Shown here one piece after another: positions 17,163-25,606 of a DNA stretch of 64,000 nt. Positions within the stretch are counted from its first letter, which is position 1; each line of letters starts with the position of its first letter. A program made the translations under genes and the position numbers. A model generated the notes under the pieces. The model ran no database searches. It had not been told where the DNA came from and worked only from the letters and a program-made list of their open reading frames with translations. Source of the DNA: Candidatus Parcubacteria bacterium (lineage in GTDB: Bacteria > Patescibacteriota > Patescibacteriia > CAIXNZ01). The stretch is from NCBI GenBank assembly GCA_026395685.1, contig JAPLYG010000009.1, positions 81,519 through 145,518 of the forward strand, written 5' to 3'.

Positions 17163-19598
17163 TTATTTTCTGATCTGCGCGCCGAATTTCGCTTCCAAAT
17201 GCTGTAAAACTTTCTGATGAATAATCTGAACTTCATCCATGGTTAAAGTTTTGTCATCAGAACGGTATTCAATTCTGAATGCAATTGATTTCTTAGCTTC
17301 AGGAATGCCCTGGCCTTCATATACATCAAAGAAAGTAATTTTGCGGATTAAATCCTTGTCCACATCTTTAACCGCCTGATAAATTTCCTCCCAGAGAATT
17401 TTTTTGGCTATAATCATGGAAATATCCAAATCAATGCTCGGGAATTTGGGAATCGGCTTGTATTTGATCACGTCCGTATATAATGATGCTAATTTAGTTA
17501 AATTAAATTCAAAAATTGAGACCTTGGATTTCAAACCCAGCTTATCATACAAATTATCAGCGGGTTCGGAAATATAACCAATGTCTTTAGCCTGAACTAA
17601 AATTTTTATTGCCCGATTCATTTTGGCAAAAGGTAACACATCAACAATTTTCTCCAGTTTATAATCAAAATGCAATTGGCTTAATAAACCGGCAATGACA
17701 TTTTTCGCAATATAAAACGGCTTATCATTTTTCTTTTCGCAAATAATGCCGGCAATTAATTTTTCCTGCAAGGGTAAGCTTTTATCTCCTTTATCAAAGA
17801 CTTTTTCGCCTTTGGCTTCCGGCCAGAAAATCGAACCAACTTCGAATAAACCGAAATCATCATAATTGCGACAGTTGCTGACTGCATTGCCTAACAAATT
17901 AGGAATTAACGAACGGCGCAATAGATTCCAGTCTTTGGACTGCGGGTTGGCAATGTGGATATGATCTTCTACTTTTAAACCCAAACTTTTCACCTGGTCC
18001 TCGCCCACAAAAGAATAATTATAAACTTCGTTTAAACCAAAACCATAAGCCAGAAGCTGTTTGATTTTTCGTTCCAAATCACGTTCAATATTGGCTTCGG
18101 GCTTAGAGATCTCGATCATGGGCAAGCTTGATTTCAAATTGCTATAGCCATAAATCCTAATTACTTCTTCAACTAAATCCTCAGGGATGGAAATATCCTT
18201 CGTGGCGCGCCAGGTTGGTATAGTCACGGTCAAATCCTTAACGCTTTTTTTAACCTCAAAACCCAAACTTGATAAAATCTTCACGACCTTATCTTTGGGA
18301 ATTTCCTGACCGACCTTCTTAGTTATGAAATCAAAACTTAGTTTGATCGGCCCCTGATTTAATTTAAATTTCTTAACATCTTCAATTTTGGAGACTAATT
18401 TTGCCTGAGGACAAAGCTGCAAGATCAATTCAATGGCGCGCTTAATCCCCCACTCGGACAAATTAGGATCCAAAGATTTTTCAAAACGGATTGAAGCTTC
18501 AGAACGTAAACCTAATTTAGATTCTGTCTGACGAATAGAAACATGGTCAAAATTTGCTGATTCAATAATGACTTTTTTGGTTTTATTATCAATTTCAGTA
18601 TTAGCTCCGCCCATAATGCCGGCAATGGCCACTGGTTTAACCGCATCAGCAATTACCAGCATACTTTCATCCAATTCCCTGGCTTGATCATCCAGAGTAT
18701 CTATTTTTTCACCTTTTTTCGCATTACGAACGACAATGCGGTGTTCTGCCAACTTATCATAATCAAAAGCATGAAGAGGCTGGCCGATTTCCATCATCAC
18801 ATAATTGGTAATATCAACAATATTATTAATAGAGCGCATACCCACGCTAGCTACTCGCTTTTTCAGCCAGTCTGGTGATTCTTCAATCTTAATGCCTTCC
18901 AAAACTACTCCGCAATATCGCGGGCATAATTTAAAATCCTCAATTTTAATATCCAACCGACTGTCACCCTGAGGCTCTCGAAGGGTGACTTTGAAATCCT
19001 TTAATTTTTCGCCTATCAAAACGGACACTTCCCGGGCAATGCCATAATGAGACCATAAATCGGGTCGATTACTTAATGATTTATTATCAATTTCATAAAT
19101 CGTATCATCCAAACCTAAAACTTTACTCAAAGGCTCGCCTACTTTAGTTTTACTGTCCAAAATTAAAATTCCAGTGTGATCTTTACCCAAACCAAGCTCA
19201 TCTTCAGCGCACAGCATACCGCTGGATTCCTCACCGCGCACTTTAGCTTTGCTAATTTCCATGCCATTGGGTAATTTGGTTCCGATTGTTGCGACCGGAA
19301 CTTTTTGACCCACAGCGATATTTGGCGCACCACAGACAATATTCAATTTTCCTTCGTTCGCCGAAGCTTTATGCGAAGGCGAATCAATATTAACCACACA
19401 TAACTGCAACTTATCAGCATTAGGATGTTTTTTAACTTCTAAAATTTCGCCGACAATCACGCCATTCAAACTTTGCGCCTGGTCAGTCATACCTTCCACT
19501 TCAGCCGTGGATATAGTCAATTTAAAACCCAGCTCTTTGGAAGATAAAGAGTTTGGTATTTTTACAAAATCGGAAAGCCAATTTTTTGAGATATACAT
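17163..19598 (-). CDS. pheT: Phenylalanine--tRNA ligase beta subunit
   Basis: 811 aa. It has the N-terminal tRNA-binding/OB region, B3/4 and B5 domains and the C-terminal FDX-ACB domain (…GIMGGANTEIDNKT…). It carries a 27-bp palindromic insert at 18963-18989. Confidence 0.95.
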   Translation of the reverse strand: MYISKNWLSDFVKIPNSLSSKELGFKLTISTAEVEGMTDQAQSLNGVIVGEILEVKKHPNADKLQLCVVNIDSPSHKASANEGKLNIVCGAPNIAVGQKVPVATIGTKLPNGMEISKAKVRGEESSGMLCAEDELGLGKDHTGILILDSKTKVGEPLSKVLGLDDTIYEIDNKSLSNRPDLWSHYGIAREVSVLIGEKLKDFKVTLREPQGDSRLDIKIEDFKLCPRYCGVVLEGIKIEESPDWLKKRVASVGMRSINNIVDITNYVMMEIGQPLHAFDYDKLAEHRIVVRNAKKGEKIDTLDDQARELDESMLVIADAVKPVAIAGIMGGANTEIDNKTKKVIIESANFDHVSIRQTESKLGLRSEASIRFEKSLDPNLSEWGIKRAIELILQLCPQAKLVSKIEDVKKFKLNQGPIKLSFDFITKKVGQEIPKDKVVKILSSLGFEVKKSVKDLTVTIPTWRATKDISIPEDLVEEVIRIYGYSNLKSSLPMIEISKPEANIERDLERKIKQLLAYGFGLNEVYNYSFVGEDQVKSLGLKVEDHIHIANPQSKDWNLLRRSLIPNLLGNAVSNCRNYDDFGLFEVGSIFWPEAKGEKVFDKGDKSLPLQEKLIAGIICEKKNDKPFYIAKNVIAGLLSQLHFDYKLEKIVDVLPFAKMNRAIKILVQAKDIGYISEPADNLYDKLGLKSKVSIFEFNLTKLASLYTDVIKYKPIPKFPSIDLDISMIIAKKILWEEIYQAVKDVDKDLIRKITFFDVYEGQGIPEAKKSIAFRIEYRSDDKTLTMDEVQIIHQKVLQHLEAKFGAQIRK
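18963..18989. repeat. 27-bp GC-rich palindromic element (copy 1), in frame inside pheT
   Basis: gtcaccctgaggctctcgaagggtgac is a perfect inverted repeat and encodes VTLREPQGD. A copy differing at only one base is present in murI at 23465-23491. Confidence 0.8.
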
Positions 19599-19609
19599 AT
19601 TGATTTTTA

Positions 19610-20230
19610 TTAATTTTCGCGATAATCGATTTGGAATATTGATTGGTCATTTAGTTCATAATTGCGGAGGGAACTGTATTTGTATTCGCTAAGATCTTTA
19701 ACTATACCGTGTTTATATGGGTTTTTGTGAATGTAATCTAACTTCTCCTGAAATTTTTTGTCAGAATAGACATTAAAATCGTAAAATTTTGATTGCCAAA
19801 GACGATATTGCAAATTTCTTTTGTGCGGTGTCTGGTCTCTCGGGATTGCGCGCAGCATCTGCTCTGTTAACCCCATCCCCCTTCGGGTGGAGCGGAGCAT
19901 CGGCTCTGCGCCTGGGTCAGCTTGAGACAAGAGCAGATGCTCTTGTCTTCCCGAACTTGCGTATAAATCAATAATTCTGCGCGCAGCGGCTCCTTTAATC
20001 CCCTGCATAATTTTTGAAATGGTCAATTTTTCATCCTCAAAATAAATCAAACAATGCACATGATCGGGTAAAATTACATAACCATAAATTTTCAAACCAT
20101 ATTTCTGACGATAAAAATCAAATTCCTCCAATAAAATTTTACAGCAATCTTCATCCTTAAATATCGGCCGTCTTATATTCGTCACAAACGTCACGAAATG
20201 AATATCACCCGGTTGATTAATCCTAATCAT
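19610..20230 (-). CDS. Y1 (HUH) transposase family protein, IS200/RAYT-like
   Basis: HUH motif in LPDHVHCLI. The C-terminal WQSKFYDFNVYSD...YIHKNPYKHGIV...YKYSS matches the IS200-like/RAYT catalytic-Tyr region. A GC-rich in-frame insert lies at about 19825-19965. The gene sits between pheS and pheT. Confidence 0.75.
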   Translation of the reverse strand: MIRINQPGDIHFVTFVTNIRRPIFKDEDCCKILLEEFDFYRQKYGLKIYGYVILPDHVHCLIYFEDEKLTISKIMQGIKGAAARRIIDLYASSGRQEHLLLSQADPGAEPMLRSTRRGMGLTEQMLRAIPRDQTPHKRNLQYRLWQSKFYDFNVYSDKKFQEKLDYIHKNPYKHGIVKDLSEYKYSSLRNYELNDQSIFQIDYREN

Positions 20231-20239
20231 TCTAATTGT

Positions 20240-21280
20240 TTAAAATTGGTTAAGAAATCTGAGATCCCCACTCTGCAATAACCTAATATCGTCAATATTA
20301 TACTTAAGCATCACCAACCTGGTTAAACCAAACCCAAAAGCAAAACCCTGGTATTTATCGGGATCAACATTGCCGGCTTTCAGGACATTGGGGTGGACCA
20401 TGCCGGCGCCGACAATTTCCAGCCAGCCGCTATTTTTGCATAATTTACAGCCTTTGCCGTGACACAAAAAGCAAGTTACTTCTCCGTTGACGCCCGGCTC
20501 CACAAAAGGATAATATTTGGGACGCAATCGTATTTTAGTGTCTTCGCCGTATAACTTTTGAGCCACGGTTTCCAAAAACCCGCACATATCAGTGAAAGAA
20601 ATATTTTTATCAATCATTAGGCCTTCCAGCTGATAAAATGTATGCTCGTGGCGCACGTCAGTAGCTTCATTGCGAAAACAACGGCCCGGAATCACTACTC
20701 GCAAAGGCGCGCCGTGTTTTTGCATGGCTCGAACCTGCACAGAGGAAGTCTGAGTCCTCATCACTAAATTTTCCGTTCCGTTCACAGTCTTGGGATCAAT
20801 ATAAAAAGTATCCTGCATATCGCGCGCCGGGTGCCAGGTCGGAATATTTAAACCTTCAAAATTATAATAATCAGATTCCAATTCAGGACCGTCTAATACC
20901 ATAAAGCCCATTGACTTAAAAATATCTTCCAATTCCGTTTGTACCTGAGTTACGGGATGCAAATGACCAAGCTTGTATTTCTCAATTTCCAAAGTAACAT
21001 CAATAAAATCACGCTCTAAATCCTCATCAATATCTAAATTCAAATCTTGTTTTTTTTGCTCCAAAGCTTTGCTAATTTCATTTTTGATCTCATTGGCCAC
21101 TGCACCAATTTTAGGACGCAAATCATCAGATACTTCTTTAATATCCTTCAAAAGCTTGGCCAGTTCCCCACTTTTGCGGGAAAAATACTTATTCTCAATA
21201 TTCTGCCATTCTTCTGAATTGCGGATATTCTCAATTTCCTTAAGCGCCTGCTCTTTTAAATCTTTTAATTTAATTTCCAT
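20240..21280 (-). CDS. pheS: Phenylalanine--tRNA ligase alpha subunit
   Basis: Class II aaRS motifs (…FRNEATDVRHEHTFYQLEGL…, GAGMVHPNVL, GFAFGFGLTRL). Length is 346 aa. Confidence 0.95.
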   Translation of the reverse strand: MEIKLKDLKEQALKEIENIRNSEEWQNIENKYFSRKSGELAKLLKDIKEVSDDLRPKIGAVANEIKNEISKALEQKKQDLNLDIDEDLERDFIDVTLEIEKYKLGHLHPVTQVQTELEDIFKSMGFMVLDGPELESDYYNFEGLNIPTWHPARDMQDTFYIDPKTVNGTENLVMRTQTSSVQVRAMQKHGAPLRVVIPGRCFRNEATDVRHEHTFYQLEGLMIDKNISFTDMCGFLETVAQKLYGEDTKIRLRPKYYPFVEPGVNGEVTCFLCHGKGCKLCKNSGWLEIVGAGMVHPNVLKAGNVDPDKYQGFAFGFGLTRLVMLKYNIDDIRLLQSGDLRFLNQF

Positions 21281-21343
21281 ATATTTATAAATTAAATAAA
21301 TCCCCGCTTACCCTTCTTACCCGTTTTTCCCTTCTTTTCCCTT

Positions 21344-22450
21344 CTAAATAAGATTACTAAAAAAATTACTAAAAGAAGGACTGTATCTTAAAATATCCTG
21401 AAAGGTAATAACAATAATCAAAATCATCAGGATAGAAAAGCCGATAGTATGAATGATGCCTTCAATTTTTTTATTAACCGGCTTGCGCCTGATTTTTTCA
21501 ATAATAATGAAAAGTAAATGGCCGCCGTCAAAAGCCGGGAATGGCACAAAATTTATGATGGCCAGATTTAAGGATAAAAGAGCTGCAAACTGTAATAAAT
21601 AAATAAGACCGAGCTTTGCCACCTGGCCGGTCAAAACTGCAATTCCTACCGGTCCGGCCACCTGGACTCCGATTGGCTGGCCAATCACTAAATTTTTAAT
21701 AATATTGCCAAAAGCAAAAATAAATTCTTTAGTTAACGCAAATGTTAATTTAATGCCGTGCCAGATAGCCAAATGCGGAGGATAAGAAACTATCCCTGTT
21801 TCCACCAGTCCTACCCCAATACCGCCCTTTCCTTTTTCCAATTCAACAATTTCTACTTCCGTTGTTATCTCCTCCTTATTGCGAATAATAGTAAAATTAA
21901 CCTTCTGACCTATTTTTTCACCGGCAAACTGTATTAATGTTTTAATACTTTTTATTTCCTGACCATCAACTGACTTCAAGACATCTCCGACTTCAATCCC
22001 AGCTGCTTTAGCCGGCTTATCATCCAAAACATTCATTACTTGAATTTTGTATTCGCTTACTTTACCACTGGCTAAAACATCCTGATCAACTGATTGCGGC
22101 AAGCCAAACATAAACCCAACTGACAGCAGAACAATACATAATAAATAATTCATGGCCACACCGGCGGAAATCACCAAAGCTCTTTGCCAAGGCTTTTTAT
22201 TGATATAACTATTTGGATCTTCAGATCCTTCTTCATTTTCGCGTAAATTCACAAAGCCTCCTAAAGGAATTGCATTAATGGAATAAATAATACCGTCTTT
22301 GCCCTTTTTGCTCCAAATTTTTGGCGGAAAACCAATGCCAAACTCATAAATTTTCATACCCATCTTTTTGGCAGCATAAAAATGGCCAAGTTCATGAACC
22401 AGGACTAAAATGCCTAAAACAATAAGAAAAATTAATACAGTGGTGATCAT
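21344..22450 (-). CDS. rseP: Site-2 protease RseP (M50 zinc metalloprotease with PDZ domain)
   Basis: HELGHF (HExxH) sits in the first TM. A PDZ domain is present (GIEVGDVLKSVDGQEI). The C-terminal region carries the LDGG motif (FDGGHLLF). Confidence 0.85.
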   Translation of the reverse strand: MITTVLIFLIVLGILVLVHELGHFYAAKKMGMKIYEFGIGFPPKIWSKKGKDGIIYSINAIPLGGFVNLRENEEGSEDPNSYINKKPWQRALVISAGVAMNYLLCIVLLSVGFMFGLPQSVDQDVLASGKVSEYKIQVMNVLDDKPAKAAGIEVGDVLKSVDGQEIKSIKTLIQFAGEKIGQKVNFTIIRNKEEITTEVEIVELEKGKGGIGVGLVETGIVSYPPHLAIWHGIKLTFALTKEFIFAFGNIIKNLVIGQPIGVQVAGPVGIAVLTGQVAKLGLIYLLQFAALLSLNLAIINFVPFPAFDGGHLLFIIIEKIRRKPVNKKIEGIIHTIGFSILMILIIVITFQDILRYSPSFSNFFSNLI

Positions 22451-22634
22451 TGTATAGAAAGATTATTATTAAGTTTATAACATAATTTTAACTTAAATAT
22501 AAATAAAAAGCAAACCCCTTTATCCCCCTAAAAACCTAACAATTCATTGACATAAACCAATAAATAAGCTAAGGTAAATTATCGCTAGACATTTTGTATA
22601 TCTTGTCATAAAAGCGCAACTGGAGGTTTTTAAT

Positions 22635-23234
22635 GTGAAAAGGACCAAAAAAAAGCAACAGCAGCTGAACCAAGTTCTTTATTTCGCGATTATGGAACAC
22701 CATGAAAATGTATCTGCGTTTTGCCGGGATTTTCATCTGCATCCGGTCGAAGTCGGCTTGCTTTTAAATCTCAAGTCATCACCTTGCAGAGTCAATGGCA
22801 AATGGCGAAAAATTTCGCTGGATTTGGCTGAAATATTAGGCATTGACACGCATATTCTTTTTTCGGCAGAACTTTACGGCTTAGTGCAGACTGAAACTAT
22901 GGCGGAAATTCCCCTTTCTAATTTGCCACCCAATGCTCGCCTCTGCATTCCCTCAGTTCTAAACGATTATGAAATCCAAATTCTGAGACAGACGGTCAAA
23001 GATGAAATCGACCTGGCTCTGGCCAGGTTCAGTCCCAAAGAAGAAATGATCCTCAGGATGAAATTTGGTTTTGGCGCAGAACGGGAATTTACGCAGAAAG
23101 AAATCGGCCAAGCCTTTTTCATCAGCCATTCCCGCGTCGATCAAATTACCACAAAAACATTGAGGATTCTCAGTATGAGAAATCCACAGCTAAAAAATCT
23201 TATCAAAGACATTGCCGATCTGGATTTTGACTAA
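22635..23234 (+). CDS. Sigma-70 region-4 (HTH) domain protein, too short to be a full sigma factor
   Basis: The C-terminal LSPKEEMILRMKFGFGAEREFTQKEIGQAFFISHSRVDQITTKTLRILS matches sigma-70 region 4. Translation starts at GTG, with GGAGG 8 nt upstream. No region 2 is visible. Confidence 0.5.
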   Translation: MKRTKKKQQQLNQVLYFAIMEHHENVSAFCRDFHLHPVEVGLLLNLKSSPCRVNGKWRKISLDLAEILGIDTHILFSAELYGLVQTETMAEIPLSNLPPNARLCIPSVLNDYEIQILRQTVKDEIDLALARFSPKEEMILRMKFGFGAEREFTQKEIGQAFFISHSRVDQITTKTLRILSMRNPQLKNLIKDIADLDFD

Positions 23235-23239
23235 AAATA

Positions 23240-23275
23240 AACCCCGACCCTAACCGGCCGGGTTTTTTTATATGT
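23240..23275 (+). terminator. Intrinsic terminator after the sigma-like gene
   Basis: aaaCCCCGaccctaaCCGGCCGGGttttttt is a GC hairpin followed by a 7-nt T-run. Confidence 0.5.
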
Positions 23276-23362
23276 GATGGCTTAACCACGAAAATCATAT
23301 CACTAAAAAACACGAAATATATATTTCGTGTAATTTCGTGCAACATTTCGTGGTTCCGATAT

Positions 23363-24235
23363 CTACTTCAGCTCAATCTTTTCAAACTTAATTCCGCTAC
23401 CAAACCACTCCTCCCCCAACTTCTGGTAATGCGGCGACAAATCAGTCACCTGAAACTTAATATTGTCACCCTGAGGTTCTCGAAGGGTGACATCGTCGGC
23501 GTCATGCTTCGAGATCCTCAGCATGACATTCTCGTTTTTATCCAATTTTGTTTCAATCTCCGGATGCCGTGTCAAATAATCAGCCAAAGAATCAGCCACA
23601 ATTTCACCTGAATGCAAAACTTTTGTTCTTGAACTCATAATCCCCTGAATTTCCTTAAACAGAATCGGATAATGCGTACAGCCTAAAATCAAAGTATCAA
23701 CTTTTGCCAGTTTCAACGGCTGTAAATAAACTCGCAAAATCCTCTTGGCCACATCTGTTTTTTGCCAGCCTTCTTCCACCAAAGGCACCAAAAGCGGACA
23801 CGCCTGCTGTAAAACTTCCAGCTTATTATTAATTTTTCCTATTTCGATTTCATAAGCTTTGGAATTAACAGTACCTTTGGTGCCAATAACACCGATTTTC
23901 TTTTTGGCTACTTTCACTGCTTCTTCAACTACCGGCCTGATCACGCCTAATACTCGCCTATCAGCAAAATGCTGAGGCAACCAGTTTTGCTGTATCTTAG
24001 GCAAAGCTTCAGCTGACGCAGTATTACAGGCAATAATTACCAACTGGCAATCCTGCTTAAATAAAAAATCAACTGCCTGTTCCGTAAAATTATAGATTAC
24101 CTCCCGGGAGCGGTTGCCATATGGCGTCCGCGCATTGTCTCCCAGGTAAATGTAATCGTATTGAGGCAGTTTTTTGATGATTTCTTTAAGAATAATTAAG
24201 CCTCCGAGTCCGGAGTCAAAAATTCCGATCTTCAT
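23363..24235 (-). CDS. murI: Glutamate racemase
   Basis: MKIGIFDSGLGGL...IACNTAS...LGCTHYP motifs. The start is taken at MKIGIF; the ORF track starts 8 codons upstream. The C-terminus is extended and contains the in-frame palindromic element (…DVTLREPQGDNIKF…). Confidence 0.85.
   Translation of the reverse strand: MKIGIFDSGLGGLIILKEIIKKLPQYDYIYLGDNARTPYGNRSREVIYNFTEQAVDFLFKQDCQLVIIACNTASAEALPKIQQNWLPQHFADRRVLGVIRPVVEEAVKVAKKKIGVIGTKGTVNSKAYEIEIGKINNKLEVLQQACPLLVPLVEEGWQKTDVAKRILRVYLQPLKLAKVDTLILGCTHYPILFKEIQGIMSSRTKVLHSGEIVADSLADYLTRHPEIETKLDKNENVMLRISKHDADDVTLREPQGDNIKFQVTDLSPHYQKLGEEWFGSGIKFEKIELK
23465..23491. repeat. 27-bp GC-rich palindromic element (copy 2), in frame inside the murI 3' region
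   Basis: gtcaccctgaggttctcgaagggtgac differs from the pheT copy at one base and encodes the same VTLREPQGD. Confidence 0.8.
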
Positions 24236-24244
24236 AATATTCAA

Positions 24245-24332
24245 GGCGAAAACGCCCAATTTCGGACTGACAGGCTTTAGCCTGTTATATTAACACACTG
24301 AAGTGTGTCAGTCCGTTCCTTAGCGTTTTCGC
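24245..24332 (-). ncRNA. Nested multi-stem structured element immediately upstream of the murI start (candidate regulatory leader or REP-like element)
   Basis: The outer stem is ggcgaaaacgcc/ggcgttttcgc. An inner stem (ggactgaca/tgtcagtcc) encloses two hairpins (caggctttagcctg and acacactgaagtgtgt). On the murI mRNA strand the structure ends 9 nt before the AUG. Confidence 0.3.
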
Positions 24333-24374
24333 AATTCCAAGAACCAATGGCTCAATAGATTAATGGCAAATGGC

Positions 24375-25507
24375 TTTATTTAATTAATCCCAATAATTCC
24401 TTCACCTTCTCGTCCACCAGCGCCTGCGACTTGGCCTCCACATTCAACCGAATCAAGGGTTCCGTATTTGACTTGCGCAAATTAAAGCGCCAGTCAGCGT
24501 ATTCAACGGAAACGCCATCAATATGTTCGACCTTGCCGTCTGAATATTTCTCTTCAGCATTCTTTAAAACAACATCGGGGTCATTTACCGCCCGGCTTAT
24601 TGATCAAAGCTTGGCCTTTAAATTTTTTGACAGTATCTTCCACCGCCCAGGTTAAACGGGGGTCATAAATAATTTTCTTAGATTCTTTGCCGAATTTTTC
24701 CAGCATTATCTGGGCTAAAATCGCAGTCAGATAATAGCCGTCAACAAAATCTCCGTTTTCATCAAAAATAAAACAGCGGTCAGCATCAGCATCCCAGGCC
24801 ACACCCAAATCAGCCTTTTCTGATTTGACTAATGCCTCAGTTTCTATACGTCTTTCAAGAATCATGGGGTCAGGCCGTCCTTTGGGAAAATTTCCATTGG
24901 GCTCAAAATCCAAAGGCACGATTTCAATCGGTAAGAATTCTAAAATCTTATTTACTGCCACCCCTGCCATGCCAAAATTGGCATTGGCCACAATTTTCAT
25001 GGGCTTGATTGCCTTGGGATCAATAAAACTCAGACAATGCTTGACATAATCAGCTAAAATTTCTTTTTTAGTTACTTCCCCCTTTTCCGGTTCAATTATT
25101 TGTTCCTCTTTCAAAGCCTGATCACGCATTTCCATAATGCCGGTATCACCGGAAATAGCAATCGCCTTTTCCCTGACAAATTTTATTCCGTTGTATTCTT
25201 TGGGATTGTGAGAAGCGGAAATGGTCATACCCCCGCTGTAACCGTATTTTGCCACACTGAAATAAAGCATGTCCGTAGAAATTGTGCCGATATCAATAAC
25301 ATCAATTCCAGCATCTGTCAGCCCCTTGGCTGCTGATTGCCATAAACTGGGCGAAGACAAACGTACGTCTTTACCTAAGGCAATCGGACCTTTAGGTTTT
25401 ACAAATTTGACGTATGCCTGAGCGATTTTATAAACCGCATCTTCATCAATATCTGTCGGATAAATACCGCGCACGTCATAAGCCTTGAATATTGAAGGGT
25501 TGATCAT
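24375..25507 (-). pseudogene. Phosphoglucomutase/phosphomannomutase (alpha-D-phosphohexomutase) with a broken frame. It is either a pseudogene or an assembly frameshift.
   Basis: The 308-aa ORF (24581-25507) carries the active-site TISASHNPKEYNGIKF and metal-binding WDADADRCFIF and ends ...QALINKPGGK*. A different frame (24375-24595) encodes VNDPDVVLKNAEEKYSDGKVEHIDGVSVEYADWRFNLRKSNTEPLIRLNVEA..., the typical PMM/PGM C-terminal domain 4. The GEMSGH-type sugar-binding loop is not seen. Confidence 0.6.
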
Positions 25508-25606
25508 ATTTTTTAAGTCTAAAGTATAAAGTATAAAGTCTAAAGTTAGGACTTCAGACTTTCCCGCGGAGCGGGAAGCCGCTTCGCGGCTCGGGCTTCA
25601 ATTTAA

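Noticed and set aside
22547-22581. TTGACA hexamer upstream of the sigma-region-4 gene as a promoter
   Set aside because: No acceptable -10 hexamer lies 16-19 nt downstream. The best TAAATT is 23 nt away. It was not called.
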